DNA of 64,000 nucleotides from an uncultured Verrucomicrobiae bacterium (GTDB lineage Bacteria; Chlamydiota; Chlamydiia; Chlamydiales; Rhabdochlamydiaceae): NCBI GenBank assembly GCA_963806855.1, contig CAWDYW010000001.1, positions 384,001 to 448,000 of the forward strand, read 5' to 3'. Shown piece by piece: positions 55,831 to 64,000 of this stretch (position 1 is its first letter; each line of letters starts with the position of its first letter). The notes under the pieces were generated by a model. It saw only the letters and a program-made list of their open reading frames with translations, ran no database searches and was not told where the DNA came from. The position numbers and the translations under genes were made by a program.

Positions 55831-57870
55831 ATGTTAAGCCCTATTGATAAAAAAGATTTCCTTGGAATGTCGCCTCGCCAAGTGACTCAGGAATCAGAAA
55901 GCTCTGAAGATCGGTTTGAAGATATCTATCGGTTGCTCGCTGATGCGTTAAAGTACATTAGAGAAAAGTCGAAAACCGATTCTTCAAGTTGTTTCGGTAT
56001 AGGTGCTCTGCAAAGCGAATATGAGAAAATCGCATGCGAAATTCGTATTTTAGGCAACGCCAATCATACCCAGTTAGAACAGTTGTCTCTAAGAATCGAC
56101 AAGCTGAGCAAGAGAACGTTAGTATTGCCGGAATGCAATAGCCCACTTTCAAAGATATACTCCGATCTGAGAAGTCTCTATTGCAATCAGTTAGCTATAA
56201 TTGGAGCCAATTCACAAATGACAAGCGTGCAAAAGGATTCCTTTTCATCTTTTGCCGAGGAAGCTGCAAAAAATGGCAAGGCGAATTTTCTTGGGTTATT
56301 GAGAGATCCAAAAGATAAAGATCTGTGTAAACGTTTCGGAGGACTTCGCGATAAGCTTTATCCTATTCTAAATGATCGATTGAGAGAGGTTTTTTGTAAA
56401 AAATTAATGGAGATCAAGGCATTAAATAATCAAGATTCGCGCTGTTTTATTTGCTACAATATAGATGAGCCGGACGTGATCTCTTGGATCCAAAATGTCT
56501 TAGGCCCAGATATGTGGAGGATTGGGGTCGAGCCGGTTTGGTCGAGATCCCGCTGTGCTGCAGGAGCCCCCTTGGGTGAATTCATGCTTCGAGCGGGTAC
56601 AGAGGATTTTGCTACTGTAATTTGCACGCCGGCATTATTTGATAAATGTGGATGGGAAAGTGGTGTTGCAATAGAAATTAAGGACATGAAAGACAACCGA
56701 TTACAGAATAAAATCGGGACCACTATCCCAATTCTCTTTAAAAAAAGAAGTGGAGGAGATCCCCAGGATGTCAATCCATTTCGGGATATGGGAGCTAAGG
56801 GGCCCTTTGCAGTAGTAGCCACTCTTGAAAATTATACAGGTATCCTAAATTTTCTTGTGACACTGAAACTACCTAATAAAGAAGACTGTCGTGAAATTGG
56901 TGAAAAATACATTGCCGAAGTGAAATCAGAGGGAGTCGAAATTCTTGAGGAGCTTTTAAGGTTGCAAGAGCAATGTCCAGAACATAGCTTTTTTCATCCC
57001 GATGGATCTAGGACAAATTCGGTTCCAACTGTAGAAACAGAACAAAGACAACTTGAAACTATAGTGCGTCTGATAGGGCTTCATCAAAGACTAAACCGTT
57101 CTCGAGGGTTTAGTGGGCTGCAAAAGATAGAAGATGAGCAACAGAATTGGAAATGTGTTGTTGGGAATATCCGTTTAAATAAAAATGACTTAATAGCAGT
57201 TAAGACGGCATTCGAAAAAATACATGAGATAAATAAGTCACATGAACTGATAGATAAACGTCCAGGGCGTGATCATACCCGACGGGAGATCTTCGCTATG
57301 CAAATAGAGTCCCAAATCTATTATGAATTAGGGGAATATCAAGATGCAATTTCTGTGTATTACAAGATGCTCGCTTTAGATCCCAATATTTATCTCGCTC
57401 ACCGTAATTTAGGTCGCATCTATACTATTTTAGGGGAGGTTCAAAAAGCGGAAGATCGGTTTTTATGGGCAATGTGTATTCCGGGAGCTGGTGAAGACGC
57501 AATCGTAGAGTATGGGATGTTATTGTTACGTCTTGGACGCTACAAAGAGGCAATTGATCAGTTGTCGAAGGTTAAGCGAGGTGATGTCGAATTGATCTAT
57601 CGATTTGCAGATTCAAACTCATTATATGAAGAATTGAACGGTGAGCTTGAAGATCAAAAATTGATCAGAATTAGAGCTGATCACTTAGCCTGCTTTCTAT
57701 TAGCAAAAGCCCATCTTAAAACTGGGGACATGCAGAGGACCCGAGAATCATGTGATATTTTCAGATCTCTTCTTCAAATTCATCGTTCACCCCTTGGTAA
57801 TAAACTACTCGGTCATTTGTATGCAGAATTAGAGGAGTGGTCAAAAGCGCAAGAGGCTTTTGGTTTTTAA
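55831..57870 (+). CDS. TIR/SEFIR-domain + TPR protein
   Basis: CFICY...W...LG.DM...GV...W...G..L.EFM...D...VICTP...K...GVAIE...IPILF; C-terminal TPRs (YYELGEYQDAI, AHRNLGRIY). ATG 55831. Confidence 0.75.
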   Translation: MLSPIDKKDFLGMSPRQVTQESESSEDRFEDIYRLLADALKYIREKSKTDSSSCFGIGALQSEYEKIACEIRILGNANHTQLEQLSLRIDKLSKRTLVLPECNSPLSKIYSDLRSLYCNQLAIIGANSQMTSVQKDSFSSFAEEAAKNGKANFLGLLRDPKDKDLCKRFGGLRDKLYPILNDRLREVFCKKLMEIKALNNQDSRCFICYNIDEPDVISWIQNVLGPDMWRIGVEPVWSRSRCAAGAPLGEFMLRAGTEDFATVICTPALFDKCGWESGVAIEIKDMKDNRLQNKIGTTIPILFKKRSGGDPQDVNPFRDMGAKGPFAVVATLENYTGILNFLVTLKLPNKEDCREIGEKYIAEVKSEGVEILEELLRLQEQCPEHSFFHPDGSRTNSVPTVETEQRQLETIVRLIGLHQRLNRSRGFSGLQKIEDEQQNWKCVVGNIRLNKNDLIAVKTAFEKIHEINKSHELIDKRPGRDHTRREIFAMQIESQIYYELGEYQDAISVYYKMLALDPNIYLAHRNLGRIYTILGEVQKAEDRFLWAMCIPGAGEDAIVEYGMLLLRLGRYKEAIDQLSKVKRGDVELIYRFADSNSLYEELNGELEDQKLIRIRADHLACFLLAKAHLKTGDMQRTRESCDIFRSLLQIHRSPLGNKLLGHLYAELEEWSKAQEAFGF

Positions 57871-57890
57871 AAACTAGGAAGTTTTAAGAT

Positions 57891-59861
57891 ATGCCAGCAG
57901 TTTTTTTATCTACAGTAAAGGATGAGGTTGTTGAAGAGCGAAAAACAATTGGATGGAAATGGGCTGCTCTGTTTGTAGTCTTAGCGATCCCGTTGATCTT
58001 GCTCTTTTGGAAATCGAGTCCTCCCACAATTGTTGACCTTCCTACGAAGCATGCCGATTTCATTGGAAGGGCAAAGGAGCTGGCGATTTTAAAACAGAGG
58101 CTTCTGGCCAGGCAAAAGGCAAGAGGAATCAATTTCGCGGCGATTTGCGGAGAGGGGGGGATCGGCAAATCTGAGCTGGCCATCTCTTTTGCAAATGAGC
58201 ACTTGGCCGATTTTGCCTTCATCGGATGGGTAGATGGCAGCAGTGAGGAGGCTCTTGTCCATTCTTATGCCAAGCTGGGTGATAGTTTAGAGATCCTAGA
58301 AGAGCATCCCGATCGGAGGCGCGAAAAGGTGCATGCAAAACTCGAGAAGGAGAAGGGGTGGCTGCTCATCTTTGACGATGTGCCACAGGTGCCGGCAGAC
58401 ATCCCTAAGTCTGGAGGGGCGATTTTGATTACCTGCAGGGACAAAGGGATTTGTCCTCCAGAGGCATGTATAGAACTGGAGAAAAATCAGGAAGATGCCC
58501 TGGTATTGCTTTCGAAACTCACTGGCCAGAAAAGGTCGGAGGATCTCCAGCATTTAGCAGAGCAACTCGATTTCTTGCCATTGATGATCGATTTGGCGGG
58601 GCACTATATTGCCGAAACCCCTGGAATCGACTTTTCTCATTATTCTGAGCTTTTGAAAGAAAAATCAGCTAATAACCCAATCAAATGGGTAGAATTGCGC
58701 AAGAGGTACCCCAAAAGTCTGGCAGCCACCTACCTAACGACTCTTAAGTTACTCGAAAGCAAGCACCCTTTAAGTCTTGAATTTCTCAAGGAGGCTTCTT
58801 TTCTTCACCACCAAAATATCCCTGAAGAGCTCTTGGCTTGTTGGCTTGAGGAGAAAAAGATCTATAGCTTGGCGGAAATCCCCATCATTAAGGGGGATAT
58901 CCTCAGGGAACTACAGAATCACTCCCTGATTCGGTATGATGCAAAGCGGGGCGATTTTTCGATTCATCAACTTCTCCATCAGACTTTGGAACAAGTCAGA
59001 GATGGACACAGATGGCTGAGTATTTTAACCCAATTAGAAGCTGTAGCCCATTACAACCCCACCCAGAAAGACACGATCCGCCCCTTTCAAAGGGTTTTAC
59101 CTCATTGTCTGAGTGTTATAGAGCAGTCCCCTTCAATTCCTCTGGCAATGACGGTCGCCCGCTATTTTGTCGATACGGAACACGATCTCAAAAAAGGGCA
59201 GATCTATCTTGACAAGGCTGCAACCTGGGCTCAAGGATGGAGCCATCCGATACAGGGACGTATCGCCTTTTTACAGGGGATGTTGGAATTTCGAAAAGAG
59301 CAGTATGGTCCAGCTCTTAACTGTTTTGATCGGGCTCATATGATTTTTGAGGAGCAGGATGACAATCAACTCTATCAGGGGATCGAACAGAATCCACAAA
59401 AATGTACTAAAGAATATCAGAGAGCGATCTGCATGGAGTATCAGGGGCAGGCTTTGCGACTTTTAGGTCGTATTGAGGAAGCAGAAACGCTTTTAGAAGA
59501 GTCGCTACAAGCATTTCAAGCTATCTCCAAGGAACATTTCGATATCGCCCGCATTTTACGTGAGCAGGCCTTGATATTGTGGGAAAGAGGGGCGCAAGCA
59601 GAGGCGATTACGAAATTGGAAGAGGCGATTGCGATGCAACAGCGGGTTTATGGAGACAGCTATTTATCGCAGCCGGCTGTCGCAGCTACCCATCGGATAC
59701 TGGGCAATTTTTTCTTCGAGAGGGGAGAATATCAAAAGGCAGATCAAGCCTATCAATTTGCAATCGAGATCAATCAGGCCATTTATCACTCTGATGTGCA
59801 TCCCTTTCAGCTTGAACTTTTGGAGTTGAGAGAAAAGGCTCAAAAGGCTCTCAATAAATGA
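57891..59861 (+). CDS. N-terminal TM + NB-ARC (STAND) NTPase + TPR protein (NLR-like)
   Basis: FIGRAKEL, GEGGIGKS, WLLIFDDV, ILITCR, LPL, IHQLL (MHD-like), TPRs. Confidence 0.9.
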   Translation: MPAVFLSTVKDEVVEERKTIGWKWAALFVVLAIPLILLFWKSSPPTIVDLPTKHADFIGRAKELAILKQRLLARQKARGINFAAICGEGGIGKSELAISFANEHLADFAFIGWVDGSSEEALVHSYAKLGDSLEILEEHPDRRREKVHAKLEKEKGWLLIFDDVPQVPADIPKSGGAILITCRDKGICPPEACIELEKNQEDALVLLSKLTGQKRSEDLQHLAEQLDFLPLMIDLAGHYIAETPGIDFSHYSELLKEKSANNPIKWVELRKRYPKSLAATYLTTLKLLESKHPLSLEFLKEASFLHHQNIPEELLACWLEEKKIYSLAEIPIIKGDILRELQNHSLIRYDAKRGDFSIHQLLHQTLEQVRDGHRWLSILTQLEAVAHYNPTQKDTIRPFQRVLPHCLSVIEQSPSIPLAMTVARYFVDTEHDLKKGQIYLDKAATWAQGWSHPIQGRIAFLQGMLEFRKEQYGPALNCFDRAHMIFEEQDDNQLYQGIEQNPQKCTKEYQRAICMEYQGQALRLLGRIEEAETLLEESLQAFQAISKEHFDIARILREQALILWERGAQAEAITKLEEAIAMQQRVYGDSYLSQPAVAATHRILGNFFFERGEYQKADQAYQFAIEINQAIYHSDVHPFQLELLELREKAQKALNK

Positions 59862-61801
59862 TCTTGTTTAACCTGTTCAATAGCAAATAGATTATTTCCC
59901 TTCTTCGCAAGAGCGAGGGCTTGTTCAAAGTGGGTATTGGATTTGTTGAGGAGCGAGATATTGGACAAGGTGTAAATGTGGTATTCTTTGCTTAAAGCTG
60001 TCAGAGGGATAGCCTTTCTTAGGTATTCTTGAGCCCTGTCTGATAGATTGAGAAAATGGGATATTGTGCATAAGGTGTTATAGAGTTGGATTGTAACAAA
60101 GGGCTCTATAGGCAGCTCAAGCAGCGGCTCAATTTGATTCAGAAGCGAAATGATTTTGGCTTTGGATCGATCCGGTTTCCTCAGTTCTAATTGTAATAAA
60201 TTGCGCAATGTCTCCAGGAGTAGTTGACGATTGTCAATTTTTTCTGAAATTTCAAGTGCATAGAGTAGATGTTTCTGTGCTGCTTTTAGCTCTTTAGCTT
60301 TCCACAGCATCTCTCCCAAGTTGTTCCAACCCACCCAGGCGCTGAGAAGATCTCCCCTTTTCTGCAATATTCGAGTGGCTGATTCGACAGTTAAGCAACT
60401 ATTTTTGAAATTTATTCCCCGAATTCCATCTATAGTCCCCAGCATGCAGCGGGCTTTGCAGATTGTTAATGTCTCTTTGGACTGACTCTGGATAAAGGAG
60501 AAATCGGTATAGGCCTCTTTCCAATTCCCCAGAAAATAGTGGGCAGTGCCACGGTGAAACCTATCTGTAGGGGTGTAGATCTGGTCTTCTTCGATGCATT
60601 CTGAGTAAGCTCCTGTCCGCCAAAGAAAATGGAGGTATGCTGAGGTGTGCGGTTTAAGAAGGGGTTTGGCTAAATCAACCTGCAGATTCTCAATGAAAAT
60701 TTCAGCTAAAACCTCTGCGCTTGGTGGCAATATGTCAAAATAGAAGGATGCACATTTCTCTAAGACTGGCAACGTTGTGGGGTCTTTGGCTAAGGTTTGG
60801 TAGGCAGCGATTAGGAGCCGATCGAACTTTTGGCTATACCCAAAACATTGTTGTGTCATCACAAAGTGGAGCGCAGATTCAACGTGGCCGGGCTGATTTT
60901 CCAATTGCTTCGCCCAGTAAATTTTCGCAAGATCACCTTCAATCGGTACAGCTTCTTCTTCTGCAAGTTCGATGAGCGACGGGTGAGGATGCCAGCTCCC
61001 TTTTTCATAGAAGATGAGACCTAGTTTTTCTAAGGTTTCAGTTTCGACGCCAAAGACTTCGCAAAATAGCTCTTTATCAATGAAAATTCCACAGGAATAG
61101 ACTGAACTAATTGCCTTTTTGAGTTCGGATGTTTCGGTTACGGGGAAAATGTCAATCTTGTCGGTTCCAATATTGTACATTTCAGGCTGATGGAGATCGT
61201 GAAAGGCTAGCTCTTTTTGGATGAGGCTGAGGAGACGAGTGGGAGAGCGGTCGAGTTCACGGATCACCCCCAGAGCTTTGATCAAAGCTGTGGTAAAAAA
61301 GCCATATTGGACGCTCTCGAAAGAGGGGTAAATTCCTGAGGAAAGAAGGCAGAAAAGGGTTCTACTCGAGTCGAGTAATTTTGGATTGAGGATCGTGTTG
61401 AGCCTCAAATGGCAGGCGTCAATGAATAGATAGAGAGCTGTCGTATTCAATTGATATAAGCGCTGGAGAAGAGTTTCCAGATTGACTTCGCCATCTGAAA
61501 AAATGAGAGAGGACTGGTCCTCGATTCGATCTCCATGACCGCAAAAATAGAATAAAAATGGTCCTGACAGTTTTCCCAGTTGGTTAAGGCTTCTCTCAAA
61601 TTGTTCTCGAGTTGGGTCAAGGAGCAAAACGATATTCTTCTCAGGCACACCCCACTGGATAAGCGAGCGAGCCAAATGCTTTGCATCGGCTTTAGCAGCG
61701 GGCAAAGGGGCGAATTGTGGAAATTGAGTGTTAGACACGCCGAGGATCAGAGCAAAAGTAGGCGCGCTAGCGTGAGAGTCCAAAAGCTTGCAATCCTTCA
61801 A
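59840..61801 (-). CDS. Caspase-like (peptidase C14) + winged-helix-like + TPR protein
   Basis: ALILGV, L..A.ADA, FYFCGHG, FIDACH, GFFT.AL, QPE; C-terminal TPRs. Start uncertain (TTG 61801 or 61783). Confidence 0.88.
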   Translation of the reverse strand: MKDCKLLDSHASAPTFALILGVSNTQFPQFAPLPAAKADAKHLARSLIQWGVPEKNIVLLLDPTREQFERSLNQLGKLSGPFLFYFCGHGDRIEDQSSLIFSDGEVNLETLLQRLYQLNTTALYLFIDACHLRLNTILNPKLLDSSRTLFCLLSSGIYPSFESVQYGFFTTALIKALGVIRELDRSPTRLLSLIQKELAFHDLHQPEMYNIGTDKIDIFPVTETSELKKAISSVYSCGIFIDKELFCEVFGVETETLEKLGLIFYEKGSWHPHPSLIELAEEEAVPIEGDLAKIYWAKQLENQPGHVESALHFVMTQQCFGYSQKFDRLLIAAYQTLAKDPTTLPVLEKCASFYFDILPPSAEVLAEIFIENLQVDLAKPLLKPHTSAYLHFLWRTGAYSECIEEDQIYTPTDRFHRGTAHYFLGNWKEAYTDFSFIQSQSKETLTICKARCMLGTIDGIRGINFKNSCLTVESATRILQKRGDLLSAWVGWNNLGEMLWKAKELKAAQKHLLYALEISEKIDNRQLLLETLRNLLQLELRKPDRSKAKIISLLNQIEPLLELPIEPFVTIQLYNTLCTISHFLNLSDRAQEYLRKAIPLTALSKEYHIYTLSNISLLNKSNTHFEQALALAKKGNNLFAIEQVKQDHLLRAF

Positions 61802-62171
61802 AGAATGAATCTAGAAACATTTTCTGCTGATCTTTTGGAAATTTAAGAGCCAGTTCATAGATTTTAGAGACGAATTTGCCCTTGCTTTTGGGATCCAGGG
61901 GTAGCTGTTTTTCCTCAACGAGGATGACAATCTCATTTAGTAGATCGATATGCTTTTCATTAGAGGGTGCCTGTTCAAAGAATGTCTCTACCGGTGTGTC
62001 GAGAGCTTTAGAAACTTTCAGCAGGTAATCGATCGTCAGGCTTCGTTTGCCTCGTTCAATCCTTCCTACTTTTTGATGATCTTCGCCAATTTTCTCTGCT
62101 AAGTTATTTACCGTAAGACCGCGTGCTTGTCGAATATCCCGAATTTTAGTGTAGATGTTTTTCTCTTCCAT
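61767..62171 (-). CDS. XRE-family HTH regulator
   Basis: IRDIRQARGLT...LAEKIG...VGRIERG; overlaps the start of the caspase gene. Confidence 0.9.
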   Translation of the reverse strand: MEEKNIYTKIRDIRQARGLTVNNLAEKIGEDHQKVGRIERGKRSLTIDYLLKVSKALDTPVETFFEQAPSNEKHIDLLNEIVILVEEKQLPLDPKSKGKFVSKIYELALKFPKDQQKMFLDSFFEGLQAFGLSR

Positions 62172-62177
62172 AGATCT

Positions 62178-62876
62178 TTAGGTGAATAGTGCTTCTTTCT
62201 CGTTCTCTTCCATTTCGCGATAGGTCCCTTCAGCGATATTGCCAAGCGAAAGGCCGCCGATGCGAATGCGGGAGAGGGTGACAATGTCGAGTCCTGCTTT
62301 TTGCACAAAGACCCGTACCTCACGCTTGCGTCCCTCTTTGACGATCACCTTGATAGTGCCGCGCCGCACTTTTTTGACTGAGATGGGGCGGACGAAGACT
62401 CCGTCGACAAAGGCCCCTTTAGAAATCGCAACTAAATGATCGTGAGAGATTTCTTGTACGGTTTTGACCAAGTACTCTTTTTCGATATTGGCATTGGGGT
62501 GAATCACACGCTGGGCAAAGTGGCCATCATTGGTGACGATAAGTAAGCCGGTGGTATCCCGATCGAGCCGGCCGACGGTGAAGAGCCGCTTGTCTCGAGG
62601 AAAGAGGTCGATCACTATTTTTTTGCGCTCCATCGGTTTATTGCTGCAGATGAAGCCGTAAGGTTTGTGGAGGATGTAATAAATCTTATTTTGCTCTTCG
62701 TGAATGCGCTGATCTTCTACCCGGACGTCATCTTGTACAAGATCAACATGGGTTTCAGGTTTGAGGATGATCGCCCCATTGACTGTCACTTTGCCATCGA
62801 ATATCAGCTCTTCACAGGCGCGGCGGGAGGCAACTCCGGCGGCAGCTAAGACTTTGCTTAAACGCTTTTTTTCCAT
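62178..62876 (-). CDS. rluB: rRNA pseudouridine synthase (RluB/RsuA family)
   Basis: RLSKVLAAAGVASRR, VGRLDRDTTGL, EGRKREVR. Confidence 0.9.
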   Translation of the reverse strand: MEKKRLSKVLAAAGVASRRACEELIFDGKVTVNGAIILKPETHVDLVQDDVRVEDQRIHEEQNKIYYILHKPYGFICSNKPMERKKIVIDLFPRDKRLFTVGRLDRDTTGLLIVTNDGHFAQRVIHPNANIEKEYLVKTVQEISHDHLVAISKGAFVDGVFVRPISVKKVRRGTIKVIVKEGRKREVRVFVQKAGLDIVTLSRIRIGGLSLGNIAEGTYREMEENEKEALFT

Positions 62877-62933
62877 GCGAGAAGAATACAGGATTCTCGA
62901 GTAAAATTCAAGTGCTGTAAGTTATTATTTTGA

Positions 62934-62962
62934 TAGACAAAAATTATTTTTTTAACTATAAT
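62934..62962 (+). promoter_or_regulatory. Sigma-70-type promoter
   Basis: TAGACA-N17-TATAAT upstream of ATG 62994. Confidence 0.55.
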
Positions 62963-62993
62963 ATTGGGAAAATTAAATAATCTTAGGAAAATA

Positions 62994-64000
62994 ATGTCTA
63001 ATATTTACTTAACTCCTATTAGTTACGCTGCTGGCGCAATTACTGCCGCATACGGTGCCTATTCGTATTGTACTGCTAAAGGGAAGCATAAGAAACAACA
63101 AATGGATACGGCTAAGAGGGTCATCGCTGTTGGCTTAGGCCTTTTGGCGGTGGGAGCGGCTCTTCAGTACTTTGGGAAAATTCAGGGGGTCAAGATTGAC
63201 ACTCCTACCCCTCAAATTGAGCCTAAAATCCTAGAGCCTATTCCTGAAGAGTATCTTAAGCCTTATGTCGAGTCATTGAAGGGGAGAGCCCTTCCTAAAA
63301 CTGGCGCGCCCATCACCCAATTTCCTCCCCATCTATCCAAATTTCCACATCCAGGATTGCTAACCACGAAAGAGGGTGGAATCTGTGTGCTCGAAGATAT
63401 GGATGAGCTGCCCCCATTGGACGAGTGTCAGGAAACCTTTACGCTGCTTATCAAACAAATCAAAAGGAATATGCCAGATGTCTACGCCGACGGAACGAGC
63501 CATTCAAGTCGTTGGGGTAAAGGATATGGGCTTGTGATCGATAATGTTGGATATAAGAGATTTAACTTTGGAATGGATAAAACAATAGTAGACAACTATG
63601 GAAAAGGGCTTAAAACGGCTGAGCGTCTCTTTCTTCAAGATCCAGATTTTGCAAACGCTTCAGAAAGTTCGATTGTTGATTCTATTAAAGAGCTTCATCG
63701 GACTTTTGCCGAGAATGTGAAGCACAAAGAACCAGGTCTCAAGATCAATCCTGGTGTCTTCCGAACAAAAGAGCTATTAGTTGGTGATGACAAGATGGAA
63801 TTGAGCCTAGATGGAATGAGACAAGCTTTAAAAGAGAACAATGGGGAGGCGGCTGATTTTGCTAATTTGGAATCGTGGTTTGCAAAAATTGAAAGATATG
63901 GAGAAGCGGTAAAGTCCTATTCTACTCCTGAAGAAATTGCAACAGTGAAGAAAGTTGTCCATCTGCCCATCGATTCTAAAGAAGTTCCCTCTGCAATGCT
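62994..64000 (+). CDS. Inc-like two-TM protein with a probable Fic domain, 3' end outside the window
   Basis: Not in the ORF track. Manual translation is open to the window end: two hydrophobic segments, then IKELHRTF...NPGVFRT...P...EVPSAM. The catalytic Fic motif is not in the window. Confidence 0.6.
   Translation, partial: MSNIYLTPISYAAGAITAAYGAYSYCTAKGKHKKQQMDTAKRVIAVGLGLLAVGAALQYFGKIQGVKIDTPTPQIEPKILEPIPEEYLKPYVESLKGRALPKTGAPITQFPPHLSKFPHPGLLTTKEGGICVLEDMDELPPLDECQETFTLLIKQIKRNMPDVYADGTSHSSRWGKGYGLVIDNVGYKRFNFGMDKTIVDNYGKGLKTAERLFLQDPDFANASESSIVDSIKELHRTFAENVKHKEPGLKINPGVFRTKELLVGDDKMELSLDGMRQALKENNGEAADFANLESWFAKIERYGEAVKSYSTPEEIATVKKVVHLPIDSKEVPSAM

Noticed and set aside
58154..58160. 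G7 tract in the NB-ARC Walker A as a phase-variation site
   Set aside because: Explained by Glu-Gly-Gly codons; the frame is intact.
50713..62177. Prophage or integrative element
   Set aside because: No integrase, transposase, phage genes, tRNA or att repeats were seen.

Overview
Chromosomal segment of an environmental Chlamydiota bacterium, inferred from the chlamydial sctJ-(CT560-like)-sctL-sctR-sctS-sctT type III secretion operon. A housekeeping backbone (pgeF, ppsA, dacB, tyrP, rfbC/D/B-kdsB, sufBCDS, pyrE-like, pit, rluB) is interleaved with AT-richer accessory genes. Highlights: (1) an ~11 kb cluster at 50.9-62.2 kb encoding a degenerate GTPase/coiled-coil protein, a possible MACPF-like pore former, a TIR/SEFIR-TPR protein, a membrane-anchored NB-ARC-TPR protein, a caspase-like-TPR protein and an XRE regulator, i.e. 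the parts list of an innate-immunity or cell-death system; (2) an expanding family of Inc-like effectors at 36.5-48.5 kb with N-terminal [DE]xxPLL dileucine motifs, an unrecognised ~310-aa domain in four copies and a 38-aa-repeat coiled coil; (3) accessory genes placed behind duplicated 3' ends of housekeeping genes; (4) a three-gene split LigD operon with no Ku in the window; (5) single-base frameshifts in rfbD and in one effector; (6) two MITE/RPE-like palindromic elements; (7) two toxin-antitoxin modules with operator palindromes. No rRNA, tRNA or CRISPR array was seen. All calls come from motif recognition by eye; no database searches were run.
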